Assembly: GCA_964016885.1 (NCBI GenBank)
Contig: OZ024744.1
Span: forward strand, 90,644,001-90,708,000
Direction of reading: 5' to 3'
DNA length: 64,000 bases
DNA from: Eledone cirrhosa
Lineage: Eukaryota
The position numbers and the translations under genes are program-made. This document shows positions 50,523-63,200 of the stretch, piece after piece (the stretch's first letter is position 1; every line of letters begins with the position of its first letter). The notes under the pieces are model-generated. The model was not told the DNA's origin and did not search any database. It was given only the letters and a program-made list of their open reading frames with translations.

Positions 50523-53500
50523 TCTACTATATTAATTGGAAGTGGTCGGACGTTGTATATTTAAGGTAGTAGATTCAATGATGAAATAACAAAGGGATAT
50601 AACACCTCCCCTCTTCTTTTTAAAGAGTTTTTTCCCCCCTTGAAATTATCGATTTCTTGACAATTTTCTACGAAAATTTATACAGTTGGTTATTGGATAA
50701 AAATTATTTCTTGACAATGCAGTTCTAAGCAGACTTCTGCATAAACAACATATTCAAATTAATAGGGCAATACAGTTCTAAGCAGACTTCTGCATAAACA
50801 ACACATTCCAATTAATAAGGCAAACTTTGCATTTCATTAGTTTAACTACAATAATCAGTTTAAATGGGTTGCATTAACGTCACACCAGTATCGTGAATGC
50901 TCGATTACAAGATTTGATCTTTTGCGCGTTCTAAGCAGACTTCTACTGCAATAAAAAATCATTTACGGTTTGTTCGATCGTGTAAAACTACTACGTGTGC
51001 GTGTTACCATGTTTAGGTTTGTATATGTGTGCGTGTTACCATGTTTAGGTTTGTATATGTGTGTGTGTTACCATGTTTAGGTTTGTATATGTGTGTGTTA
51101 CCATGTTTAGGTTTGTAACTGTGCTAATATCCCATAACTTAGTGCAACTTGACAAAAGAGATCAATAAAGTTAGTCCCAGCTTTGAAAAATTAGTACTGG
51201 GATTGATATGACTGATTAAAGTAGTGGAGCAATGGGAATTCCTGAAGGCAAAAAATGAAATCTGTGGATGAAGCAGGTCTCTAGGGTGAGGGAGAGTGAC
51301 TTCTAAAAGAACCAAACTCCTTAAATTGCGACAAAGGGAATCGCGAGCACAGGTACGCATATTTTTTATGCTTATTTTGCAATACACGTTTATCTGTATT
51401 TTATTTTAAATTAACTTTTTTTAGTATTTATTTTACTAGGAAACGGCTAACCAAAAGGAAGGCAGACTTTCAACGTCACGTCAGTATCGTGAACTCTCGG
51501 TTCTCGAGGAGTCCGAAGAAGCAAGGCAGGCCCGCCTTGCTGACAAACGCAGCCGCAGTCAACGCTCTCTTCTCGAAGAGTCAGCCAAAGCAAGGGAGGC
51601 CCGCCTTGCTGACAAACGATGCCGCAATAACGCTCTCTTCTCGAGGAGTCGGTTGAGGTAAAAGAAGAAAGGCTGGCAGGGAGCGTCAAAGAAATGTAGA
51701 TTCTGCAAGAGTCAGCCGAAGCAAGGGAGGCCCGCCTTGCTGACATGCGCGGTCGCACGCCCTCTTCTCGAAGAGTCAGCCGAAGCAAGGGAGGCAGCCT
51801 TGCTGACAAACGCAGCCGCAATCAACGCTCTATTTTCGAGGAGTCGGTTGAGGTAACAGAAGAAAGGCTGGCAGGGAGACGTCAAAGAAATGTAGATTCT
51901 GCAAGAGGCGTTGTTTGGATGAAAGCTGGCTTCAACTACAGCCGTTCTGATGATTTTACTGATCACCCTGCAATAACTCTTGGTAAAATGGACAAGATAT
52001 GCTAGTATTGCGGAGCTAAGAAGTGGGGAGGCGAAGCACCCGGTCTTTGTTGTTCTAGAGGTAAGGTTCGACTTCTAGCGCTGGCAGATCCACCTGAAAT
52101 TCTGAAAAATCTGCTCAACGGAAACTCCAACGACGCCAAGAAATTCTGCAAGGACACGTGGAAATATAATTCGTGTTTCGCCGACATCTTTTGGTGTTAA
52201 TGATGGCAGGGAACGCAGAATTACCAACATCGGCAGCAACAACAACGGTCGTGCTGAGGAAGACTCCCACTCTGACAAGAAAAAAAGAAACGGTGTACAC
52301 CTTCAAAATTAAGGGTCAGTGTTACCATCTGATGGTCAGTCTTCGTCCGCAGCCAAACCTGGAACCCAAATTTCTGCAGGTCTTATTCATGGGGGCGGGG
52401 GCGACGAGGAGGTCTCCCAAAGATGTAAGTTAAATTCCGGTGTTGACGTTAGTATTGTTGCTAACCTTCAAATCATGCTTCATGCAACTCACCCTTATGT
52501 CAGAGATTTTAAGAATGCTTTGGAACTGCTGGATGCCCGACCCGAACTTCAATTAACTATTAAAGCTGGCCGTCGTCCTGCTGGAGAACATCCCGGGCGT
52601 TTCAACGCTCCAACTACTAACGAGGTAGCAGCCATTTTGGTCGGTGAACAGTACGGTAAGCACAATATCGTGCTTCATCATCGCGACAGTCGACTTTCAC
52701 ATGTTTGCGCAAGTAATCGAGCGTACGACTGCCTCCAGTATCCCGTGGTTTTTCCAAATGGGGAAGACGGCTACAACTTTGAACTGCGCCAGGTTAATCC
52801 AACGAGCTGAATTGTCTAAACGTGTTTCTTGCAAGGATTTTTACGCATACCGTCTAATGGTTTGAGATGGTCAATTCAACCAAATTCTACGCTTCAGGGA
52901 CGTAACTAACCAATTCTTGGTCGACATGTACGCCAAGATAGAAGGTGAAAGGCTACTTTTCATACGGTGTAATCAGAAAACTGCGAGCCGAGAAATACAT
53001 CCACCTAAAGGACGTTGTGCAGCGTGACGGTGACACATCCAACGTTGGACATCAGGTGACTACCTTCCAGCTTTACCGGGTCACCGCGGTATATGCACCA
53101 GCGAACACAGGATGCAATGTCATATGTTCATAAATTTGGGCGTCCTGACCTGTTTATAACCTTCACATGCAACCCTAACTGGCTGGAGATTAAGGAATAC
53201 CTATTCAACGGACAGGAAACCTGCGACAGACATGACTTATCTGCGAGAGTTTTCCATCTTAAATTGCAAAACCTTAAGTGGTTGCTGAAACATGGTGCCA
53301 TTTTCGGGCAACTGAATGCATGGATGTACACAGTGGAATGGCAGAAACGGAGTCTTCCACACGCTCATATTTTTATTTGGTGCAAGGAGAGAATCGGGCC
53401 TTCGAACATCGATCGGGTTATATGGCCAGAGCTGCCTGACCCTCAAAAGGATCCCGAACTCTTCAGGATGGTTTCAAAGCACATGATACACGGACCATGC

Positions 53501-55970
53501 GGCGTCATAAACCCTGCATCACCATGTATGGCACAGAACAAGTGCACGAAACGATATCCCGGAGCTTTCAACAGGGAAACATGCACTGGGTTGACGGCTA
53601 CCCCATTTACCGCTGACGTGCGCCCGACTTTGGTGGGATTACTGCTACGATTACGAGAAATGGAAAAACATGAAATTGACAACATCTTGGTGGTGCCCTA
53701 CAATCCTTTCCTTGCGCGAATTTTTAATGCACACAACGTAGAGTCCTGCTTATCCGTGAAAAGCATTAAATACATATGTAAATATATCAACAAAGGCGAG
53801 GACATGGCTGTTGTGGACATTCATTGTGAGGGTACTACAAATGACGAAATTAAGCAGTACTTAATGGGTCGGTACATTTCGTCCAACATGGCTGCATGGC
53901 GGATTTTGGGATTCGAGATTCACCAGTCTTCCCCCAGCTGTTATGAATTTGGATGTTCACCTCGAGAATGGCAAACGCTTTCACTGAAGACAGCGCATCT
54001 AACGGGATCGAGCAGCCGCCTGAAACGACACTAACAGCTTTTTTCAAGTTATGCTCCACCGATACCTTCTTTATGCGGACGTCCCATCCTTCACATGGTC
54101 GAACAAAAAAAAAAAATGGCACAGACGGCGTAGAGGTGTGGTTGTTGACAATGTGCAAGGTGACGCTATCTCCAGAGGTGAAGCTATCGGGCGTGTCTAC
54201 ACAGTCCATCCAAAGGACTAAGACTTTTTTTTTTTTTTTTTTAGGATGCTGCTACACCGCGTCGCTGGGACAAAATCGTTCGCAGACCTCAAGCCTTTCG
54301 ACGGAGAAGTCTGTTCTACTTACAGGGACGCGTGCTTGAAACATGGGATGTTAGAGGATTCTTACTGGAACGTGGCAATGAAAGAGGCCGCTGAATGTAG
54401 GATACCGCGAGAAATGCGACGTCTTTTTTGCGTTATGTTGATATTCTGCAACGTGGGTGAGCCCCTTCAACTTTGGGAAACATACAAAGACAGCATGTCA
54501 GAGGATTTCCTTCGAAGACTGCAAGCTGAGGATCCTTCAGGAGTTTTCGCATTCAACGATGCCATCTACAATGAGGCTCTCCTCGATCTGGAAAGTCGGC
54601 TGCAATGAATGGCAGCAGTTGTAGATTTCGGCTTGCCTCAACAACGGAACCGTCCAAATGCTTTAACTGCTGAGTACTTGCGGGAATTGAACTACAACAC
54701 AGACGAAATGGCGGCCCAAGTAGCTCAGGATGAGCCCCGACTTTTGAACGACCAGAGACAAGCATACCATAAGATCCTTTCCAGCATCGTCTCTTACGAG
54801 GAAAAAATGTATTTTTTGTATGCTCCTCGCGGCACTAGAAAAAACTTCAACCTGCTGCTGGCTAAGCTGAGACAAGACAACCGCATTGTCTTAGCAGTTG
54901 CATCCAGTGGTATTGCGGCAACCCTGCTACATGGCAGTAAAACGGCGCATTCAGCCTTCAAACTACCACTGGACTTGGCGAAAAAAGAAATTCCAACCTG
55001 AAACATAAGTCGAGGATCGGCAAAAGGCAATCTACTCGCAGAGTGCTGCCTCATCATTTGGGACGAGGCAGACGAGATCAACGCTTCAATAAAGTCGTCA
55101 TATCTCTGGCATCATATTGAAAAACTTCATCTGACTACCAACATGAGAGTTCAGGTACATGGCGATCAAGATTATTTGACTTTTTCGGCGCAGCTTCTTA
55201 ATGTCGGCAATGGACATATAGATGCAAATGCTGATGGGCATATCTGTCTTCCGTTTGGAAACTACATGTCTGATGTGGACGAACTAATGGAGTCTGTTTC
55301 CTGACATGGAAAATCGGTTTCGTGACCACAACTGGCACCACACAACGTGACAGTTGACGAAATCAACAAGAAACTCCTCGATCAGCTTCCAGGCAATACA
55401 GTTTCATTTAAGTCTATTGACACCAACAAAATTGCTGAGGATGCCACAATGTTTACCATTGAATTCCTGAATTCCTCAACAGTCAAACACCTATGGACTT
55501 CCGCCTCACGACCTGCAGCTAAAAGTTGGTGCGCCGGTTATGGTGTTAAGGAATTTGCACTCTCCAACAATGTGCAACGGAACACGAATGATCATCAAAT
55601 TCTGGTTGCGACAATCTTGACCGGACCAGCTGATGGCACAGACGTTCTAATTCCTCCAGTAAAAATCAGTCCATCTGACGTCGTCAACGAATTTACGCGG
55701 TTGCAATATCATCAAACAACTCAGCTTTGCCATGACCATCAACAAGGCACAGGGACAATCGATGCAAGTAGTTGGAATCTGAGTGAACAGGCATTCTCAC
55801 ATGGCCAACTGTACGTTGGATGTTCCCGAGTAGGAAGTACGCGGAGATTCTTCATTCACTCAACAAAAAGAGAAGTTAAGAATGATTCTACTAAGAGTCT
55901 CTACAATGATAACGCTCTTCATTGCCAGTCTCTTTTCCGTGCCACACATGGTTCGACTTCATGTTGATCT
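50523..55970 (+). mobile_element. Helitron with degenerate Rep/PIF1-helicase gene
   Basis: 5' A|TCTACTATAT; acidic/basic N-terminal repeats; C..C..CC finger; FITFTCNP.W, VEWQKRSLPHAH (HUH), KYICKYINKG, VASSGIAATLL..TAHS.FKLP, IIWDEA, FSHGQLYVGCSRV; many frameshifts. Confidence 0.93.
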
Positions 55971-56073
55971 TCGCTTCTGTGCCAGCCCCATTTTAATTGA
56001 AAGGAAGGCAAATAAATGCACGTAAGTTTGTGATTATTAATTTGGTTGAATTTTTGTTTGGTTGATTTTTATG

Positions 56074-56899
56074 TTCGGCTGACTCTTCGAGAAGAGAGCG
56101 TACATTGCGACCGCGCATGTCAGCAAGGCGGGCCTCCCTTGCTTTGGCTGACTCTTCGAGAAGAGAGCGTTGACTGCGGCTGCGTTTGTCAGCAAGGCGG
56201 GCCTGCCTTGCTTCTTCGGACTCCTCGATAACTGAGCGTTCACGATACTGACGTGATGTTGAAAGTCTGCCTTCCTTTTGGCTAGCCGTTTCCTAGTAAA
56301 ATAAATACAAAAAAAAAGTTAATTTAAAATAAAATACAGATAAATGTGTATTGCAAAATAAGCATAAAAAATGTCGCAATTTAAGGAGTTTGGTTCTTTT
56401 AGAAGTCACTTTCCCTCACCCTAGAGACCTGCTTCATCCACAGATTTCATTTTTTGCCTTCAGGAATTCCCATTGCTCCACTACTTTAATCAGTCATATC
56501 AATCCCAGTACTAATTTTTCAAATCTGGCACTAACTTTATTGATTTCTTTTGTCAAGTTGCACTAAGTTATGGGATATTAGCACAGTTACAAACCTAAAC
56601 ATGGTAACACGCACACGTAGTAGTTTTACACGATCGAACAAACCGAACAAACCGTAAATGATTTTTTATTGCAGTAGAAGTCTGCTTAGAACGCGCAAAA
56701 GATCAAATCTTGTAAATCGAGCATTCACGATACTGGTGTGACGTTAATGCAACCCATTTAAACTGATTATTGTAGTTAAACTAATGAAATGCAAAGTTTG
56801 CCTTATTAATTTTAATGTGTTTATGCAGAAGTCTGCTTAGAACTGTATTGCCTTATTAATTTGAATATGTTGTTTATGTAGAATAATTTATATAGTAGA
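56074..56899 (-). mobile_element. 5' portion of the same Helitron family in inverted orientation
   Basis: Reverse complement of ~50735-51785 with deletions; has its own A|TCTACTATAT terminus at 56899. Confidence 0.9.
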
Positions 56900-56911
56900 T
56901 ATATATATAAC

Positions 56912-57075
56912 AAGTAAATACCGGGGCTTGTCCGGCTACTTCCTCTTTGCAGTGGCCACCGTCTACACCTCAGGTGTCCTTGGAGCCCCTACAGCCAAGG
57001 TCCTCCGTAAAATCGGAACTACAGCGACCGGATAGAGGAAGGAGCCCAGTGAGGTGGGGGTGGTTGTTGCTGGTC
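56912..57075 (+). mobile_element. CRE-clade 3' fragment
   Basis: KYRGLSGYFLFAVATVYTSGVLG..LRKIG..KEPSEVGWLL; homologous to 47590-47720 and 59690-59850. Confidence 0.62.
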
Positions 57076-57124
57076 ATAAGAAAAAAAAACAAAGACGTCC
57101 ATTAATTCACTACCAAGTGCAACA

Positions 57125-57282
57125 ATCGGTCGCCCATCATAAGGGTCAGCGGAACACTTTGAAGCAAGTCAACACGCTCACAACATTACCACGGATGGTG
57201 GTGAGGCTAAGATGCTGAAACAACCAGGTACCTTCACGAGTATCACCAGACACATCGGTAAGGCGAGCCACAAGTGATGACT
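57125..57282 (-). mobile_element. CRE-clade 3' fragment (different family)
   Basis: RLTDVSGDTREGTWLFQHLSLTTIRGNVVSVL. Confidence 0.62.
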
Positions 57283-58694
57283 AATTTAACAAATGTAAAA
57301 TAAAGAAGTATTTCATTTCTTAACGTCTCTGCATTGCTATATGTATTTTATATCAAGATTTAAACAGTTGCTATGTATTTTTCAGAGTAAAATAAGATTG
57401 TAATATTTATTCAAATTCTTTAAAAACAAACAATTTTAAAATGATCAAAACAACAATTGAACAAAATACATCTTTTTTTTTCTCAAATAGTGAAATAGAG
57501 AATCGAAATAATGTATTTTTTTATCCATTCAGTAACAATCATTAAAACGTTTCAGCAACAGAGATGTGACGACAATGGAAATGTTACCAGCTGAGCTGCG
57601 GTATACAGTACGAAACATTTCACAAATAAGCACTCCTCGGTTTAAGCTGTGATAAAAAAAAATAATGAAATCTTTTCCTCTCCAACAACAATGACACCAG
57701 TGGTAGCAGTTTCTTTTCCAGTGAATTCATGTGTGTCTGAGAAAAATAGATATTAGATATAAGTAATACTACATAAATACAACTGAATGTGGTTTTCAAT
57801 TAAGAGCATAGATCTGGAGAGATGGCAAAAATCAATATGCTTGATTTAGTCTCTTTCTAATAATAGCGATTTAACAACAGATTCCAGTATTCTTTTTTAT
57901 ATTATGAACATAAATTATGAATATAAAATTACGAACAACGCCTGCTTTTATACAGCAAATAGATTTACTAAAGTAAAAAGTATTATAAACTCACCATGTT
58001 TATCAGCACAAAACAAGGCAACACTAAAATAATTTCCAGTCGTTATAAGTTTTGTTTCAGGGAGCTGTGACGATTAAATATGTTTTAATATTTAAACATT
58101 AGGGGATGAACATTTGATCAATATTTAATACTTACCAATATTACTAGCTTTTAAATCTAAATTGAGGCTCTGCAAAATTAGACCCGAGACCAGACGCTTT
58201 CAAATTACTGTGTGATCTAACCCTTTCAGGAATCACACTACATAGCTTTTTAGAGCCTCCAGTTACCTTACAGTGCCAAGATAAAAGTTGACGAAAGGAT
58301 TCAAAAATTTCTAATATAACTGGTTTACTATTCATTTTGACACGTTCTTGCTGAAAATATAACATTTAGAATATAAAGATATAACTAAAGATAAATATTC
58401 AGAATAGTATGATAAAGTAATTTCCATTTTAAAATAACTTACTTGATTCGTCATCGGAAAGATATGAAGAATTGCAGTGACAGGTTATATCGTTCAATAA
58501 TTGTGAAAGAAAGATATTCAACCTCCACTATATATAGTGATATTATTAAGACTCCTCGTGCCACTAGGTGGATTGTTTCATTTTAATTTTTTTTTCTTGT
58601 TTGAATGTTTTGTTTTTTTTGTTATTAGGTGTTCACCTATATAACATAGAATGGATTAACTTAACTGGGGGGTTTCATAGGAACATACAGACAC

Positions 58695-58744
<50 letters not shown>

Positions 58745-58745
<1 letters not shown>

Positions 58746-58909
58746 CGAAGGAAATGTGGTAAGGAACCAGATGGACCATAACGCACCAAAATACTCAATA
58801 CTTAGGGTAGTAGAGTGAGTAATAGAAACGAGTAGGACCCCGACGGCTAATTCTAGACTGAATTAGCCGTCGAAACGGCTTGAGCTCAGCCGTCGTGGTC
58901 CTACTCGTT

Positions 58910-58912
<3 letters not shown>
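58745..58912 (+). repeat. copy of the 948-1164 fold-back repeat
   Basis: AACGAAGGAAATGTGGTAAGGAACCAGATGGACC..GCCGTCGAAACGGC..GGTCCTACTCGTTCCTA. Confidence 0.8.
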
Positions 58913-58944
<32 letters not shown>

Positions 58945-59649
58945 TGTGTGCGTATGAAAACCTCCTTCCGAGGAGTCGAAGTATTTAGGATATGAAGTAT
59001 AAAAATATTGATTCGGTCTATACTGTAGGGTGTGCTGCTGTGCGTTGCTATTTAGACTCAGTACAATCATGATCTTAGAAGGGAATGATAACCCAATTGT
59101 GACCAACACCATATTTTTTCAGAAAATACAGTGTCTAGGATCACATTCACCTTAAGCAGTGTGATTTGAGGGACATTTGGCAGTTATTTCAAGAACTTCG
59201 AGAAACCACGTAGATGTTCTCACGTCAGTGTCTGTCTTCCCCTCTCTGCCTAACATCTGTACACACCAGAAAGAAACAAAGAAATACCACCCAGATTATC
59301 TGTAGAATGTAGGGATATTATTTTATATATTTTAAAGCTTTAAAGGCCGTTATTTTGTTATGTTATACATAAACATATGTCAACTATATTTTACAAACAG
59401 AAGTTATACAATGATGGAGATATTTAAAATAAAAATAAAAACAAAATTAGGTAATGTAAAAATGGCCGGAAAGAAGGGCAGATTTGGCTGTAGAGGAAAG
59501 GACTATAAATGTCATAAATGAGAAGAAAAGGAGGGAAAGAGCAAGGACTACAAGACAAAGTAAAAAAGAGAAGGGAGAGGGTGATACCCTACGTCTAAGT
59601 CGGGGTACTATATCGCTGCACTTCGCTGCACTTCGCTGCACTTCGCTGA

Positions 59650-59850
59650 TAAAAATTGCAAAGTCATTTCCGAGGACAAGGCCAGCAATATCCACTGCAA
59701 CAGCCAACCCACCTCGCAGGGCTCCTTCATCTGACAGGTTGCCGATGTTCCGATTTTACGGAGGACCTTGGCTGCAGGGTGTCCAAGGACGCCTGTGGTG
59801 TTGACAGTGACCGCTGCAAAGAGGAAGTGGCCGGACAAGCCCCGGCATTT
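59650..59850 (-). mobile_element. CRE-clade 3' fragment
   Basis: [39 protein letters not shown]. Confidence 0.62.
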
Positions 59851-59867
59851 GCTTGTGTGTGTCTGTG

Positions 59868-59915
<48 letters not shown>

Positions 59916-60281
59916 TACACACACACACATATAAATACTCTATATATCCATCCATATATATATGCATATACATATACATGTGTAAATATATATACATATA
60001 TCTATATGCATATATATATATATACACACACACACATATAAATACTCTATATATCCATCGATATATATATATACATGTGTAAATATATATACATATATCT
60101 ATATGCATATATACATATACATATAAATATATATATATATATATATATATGTAAATGTTCTATTTAAATTGTTGGGATACAACAAGCAAATATTTTTATA
60201 ACTGATATAAAGCACTGAACAAATATTTGGAGTAAACATACGATATTAACAAATGGAAACTATATTTATAAAACCATATTT

Positions 60282-60332
60282 ATTTCATTATATATATTTC
60301 AAGGACACCGGTATGCTTTCATCAGATAAAAT
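60282..60332 (-). ncRNA. minimal type-I hammerhead motif with intact core
   Basis: ATTTTAT-CTGATGA-AAGcATACcgGTGTcCTT-GAA-ATATATAT-A-ATGAAAT: 7-bp stem I, palindromic stems II and III. Confidence 0.6.
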
Positions 60333-60869
60333 ATAATATAGATCAGTTTTATAAATAAATATTGACATACCCTTAACGAATGCAACCATTGCTGTTGGAA
60401 GCTCCCGGATAGTGGAGTTGTAGCTTTAATTATATTATTAGTATTGGATATTTTTATTTTTAAAATAAGCCGTTGGGTTACGGAGAAAGAGAAAGATAGA
60501 GAAGGAGAGAGAAAGAAAGAGGGAGATAGAGAGAGATAGAGATAGACTAGAAACTACAGAGAGAGAGAGAAAGATAGAGAGAGAGAGAGGAGACAGAGAA
60601 AAGGGGAGAGAACGAAAAACTCTAAGTCATATCTTGTTGAGTTAACTTAACAATTGAGATGAAATGAATAAATAAAATTAGAAATGTTAATAATCATGAA
60701 TGGAATATACATGTATATGTATACGTGATGTGTATCTAGCTATTGGTTGAGGGTACACATATTTGTATGTATATGTGGGAATTGTGTATGTACATGTGCG
60801 TGTATATCCATACAATTCGATTGCACTTATATATAGTGATTATCCCAAGATTCGTGACAGATAGACATA

Positions 60870-61210
60870 TAATTGTTTCTACTTTAGGCACAAGGCCAGC
60901 AATTGTCCCAGTGAATTACTGGTAGTTTATTTTATCGACCCCGTAAGGATGAAAGGCAAAGTCAACCTCGGCGGGATTTGAACTCAGATCGTAAAGGGAC
61001 GTAACTATGCTGGCGTCCAACCCTCTACCGATACTGCCAATCCACCAGACATATAATTGTTTCTACTTTAGGCACAAGGCCAGCAATTATCCAGTGCATT
61101 ACTGGTACTTTATTTTATCGACCCCGTAAGGATGAAAGGCAAAGTCAACCTCGGCGGGATTTGAACTCAGATCGTAAAGGGACGTAACTATGCTGGAAAG
61201 CATGGCGTAC
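60870..61210 (-). mobile_element. two tandem tRNA-derived SINEs (same family as 45507)
   Basis: TTTTATCGACCCCGTAAGGATGAAAGGCAAAGTCAACCTCGGCGGGATTTGAACTCAG occurs twice. Confidence 0.85.
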
Positions 61211-61735
61211 AGCCATAAATACATATAAAACTTATATATAATAAGATTTTGTTTAATAACATAAAGTGTGTATAACATAAAATTTCCTTTAATATCTTAA
61301 CAATTATAACATTTTATAAGATTCCTATATCTTAAATTAAATTAAAGAATCCTTTATGTTTTGTGTGTATATATTATATACGTAGTTAGATATGTATATG
61401 TATTTTGTAAGTGTGTATATATATTTATATGTATTTTTGCGTGTGTATATATATTTATATGTATGTATTTTTGCGTGTGTATACGTGTTATATAATATAT
61501 AGATCTTTAATAATATATGGATTTCTTAATATATAGATCCCAATTTTTAATATATTGATCTCAATATTTAAATGATTAACTAAACATCTAATCATATTTA
61601 AACAATGACTAATTTCTCATATTATATATGTATATTCCATTCATGATTATTAACATTTCTAATTTTATTTATTCATTTCATCTCAAATGTTAAGTTAACT
61701 CAACAAGATATGACTTAGAGTTTTTCGTTCTCTCC

Positions 61736-61804
<69 letters not shown>

Positions 61805-61819
61805 GTTTATGGTCTGTCA

Positions 61820-62042
61820 GCACCACCAACTTACCTTCTGGGTCCAGGAAGATGGCCCGTATGGCGAGATCCAAACCTCTCCGAAAAAGCACAGCAACTC
61901 CCCCTCCCCCCGATCCAGGACGGCTGGGAGATGCGTACACATCGTAGCCGCCGAAGATCGGTGCGAAGGCCCGTACTTCGGAGATTCTGGTCTCGCTGAT
62001 GGCCACTACATCTATCTTTAGTGACCTGAGGTCATTGAGCAG
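61820..62042 (-). mobile_element. Tx1-like APE fragment (diverged subfamily)
   Basis: AISETRIS..GGGVAVLF..DPEGKLVVL, similar to 42000-42220. Confidence 0.8.
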
Positions 62043-63200
62043 GTTGAGAGAACGGAGGAAGCATCCGAAGCAGACAATGATCTGAATGCTGAACTAAATA
62101 ACATCTGGAACAAAGATACGGCCATTCAGGAGATGAATGCTGACGGGCTAGGACAAGATTTGGCTGATATCCTAAACTTAGTGGTAGAAGCAATGAACAA
62201 TGATAGTGTGAAACCTATGAACCTAAGATTTGTAGACAGGAAAAAGTTAAAAGAAACAACACTAAGGTAAACAAAGTCATCCCATACCTTGAGGCGAGGC
62301 ACCTTCACCAGTGCAACAATAACCTCAAAGCAACAGCAAAGGCGGTGAGGAAATAACTTGACATAAAAGCGAGAGGGAACAACAAACAAGAAATATCAGA
62401 ACCTTGGTGGAAGAAACGACTGAATGGTCAAATCAGGGAAATGAGATTTGACATTGGAAAGCTTGAGTCCCTACTGAATGTGGAACTACAAAACTAGGAC
62501 ACTAAAAATAAACTGGAAATAAAGTACAAAACTAGGAGGAAAAAACTAAATATTATCATAGAGGAACTGAAGCAATGCATTGTAGCAAAGAGTGCAAAGA
62601 TTAGGCGATACAAGAGCAGAGTCAGTCAGTATAGACAGAACCGCATGTTTGACAACAACCAGAAGATGTTGTTTGGACAGCTTGAAGGGAAAGAAAGAGG
62701 CAACGACTTGATCCCTGAGGCGGAACAGACTAAGACATTCTGGAGAGGAATACGGGAGCAGGATGTTAAAATGAAATGGGTGAAACACCATATTTACAAG
62801 GAGGAGGCTAGCCCACTGTGTAGGATCTGTGGAGAGAGAGAGGAGACTGTGGCTCACATTGTATCCGAGTGTAAACACCTAGCCCAGACTCACTATAAAG
62901 GCTGGAGACATGATGTGATGGGCAGGGTGATCCACTGGCACCTATGCAAAGTAAACAATTTACCACATTCTGAGAAGAATTGTCATAGACGCACTAGGTA
63001 CTATCTCAAAGAGTTTCCAGGGATGGTTAAAGAAAATTGGTCCGCACCGCTTTTTGGAACACTTCAAAAGGCATGCTTGCTGGGAACAGCAAAAACCCTC
63101 CGATACGACCTGAATATCTGAGGCTGCGTGTAGTAGCTTGATATTCATTTCAACAAACTTTCCAGTTAAATAACATCAATGACTTAGATTCAAAGAATAT
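62042..63200 (+). mobile_element. R4/Dong deletion derivative lacking RT
   Basis: Matches 36217-36905, 38535-38740 and 39010-39240. Confidence 0.9.
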
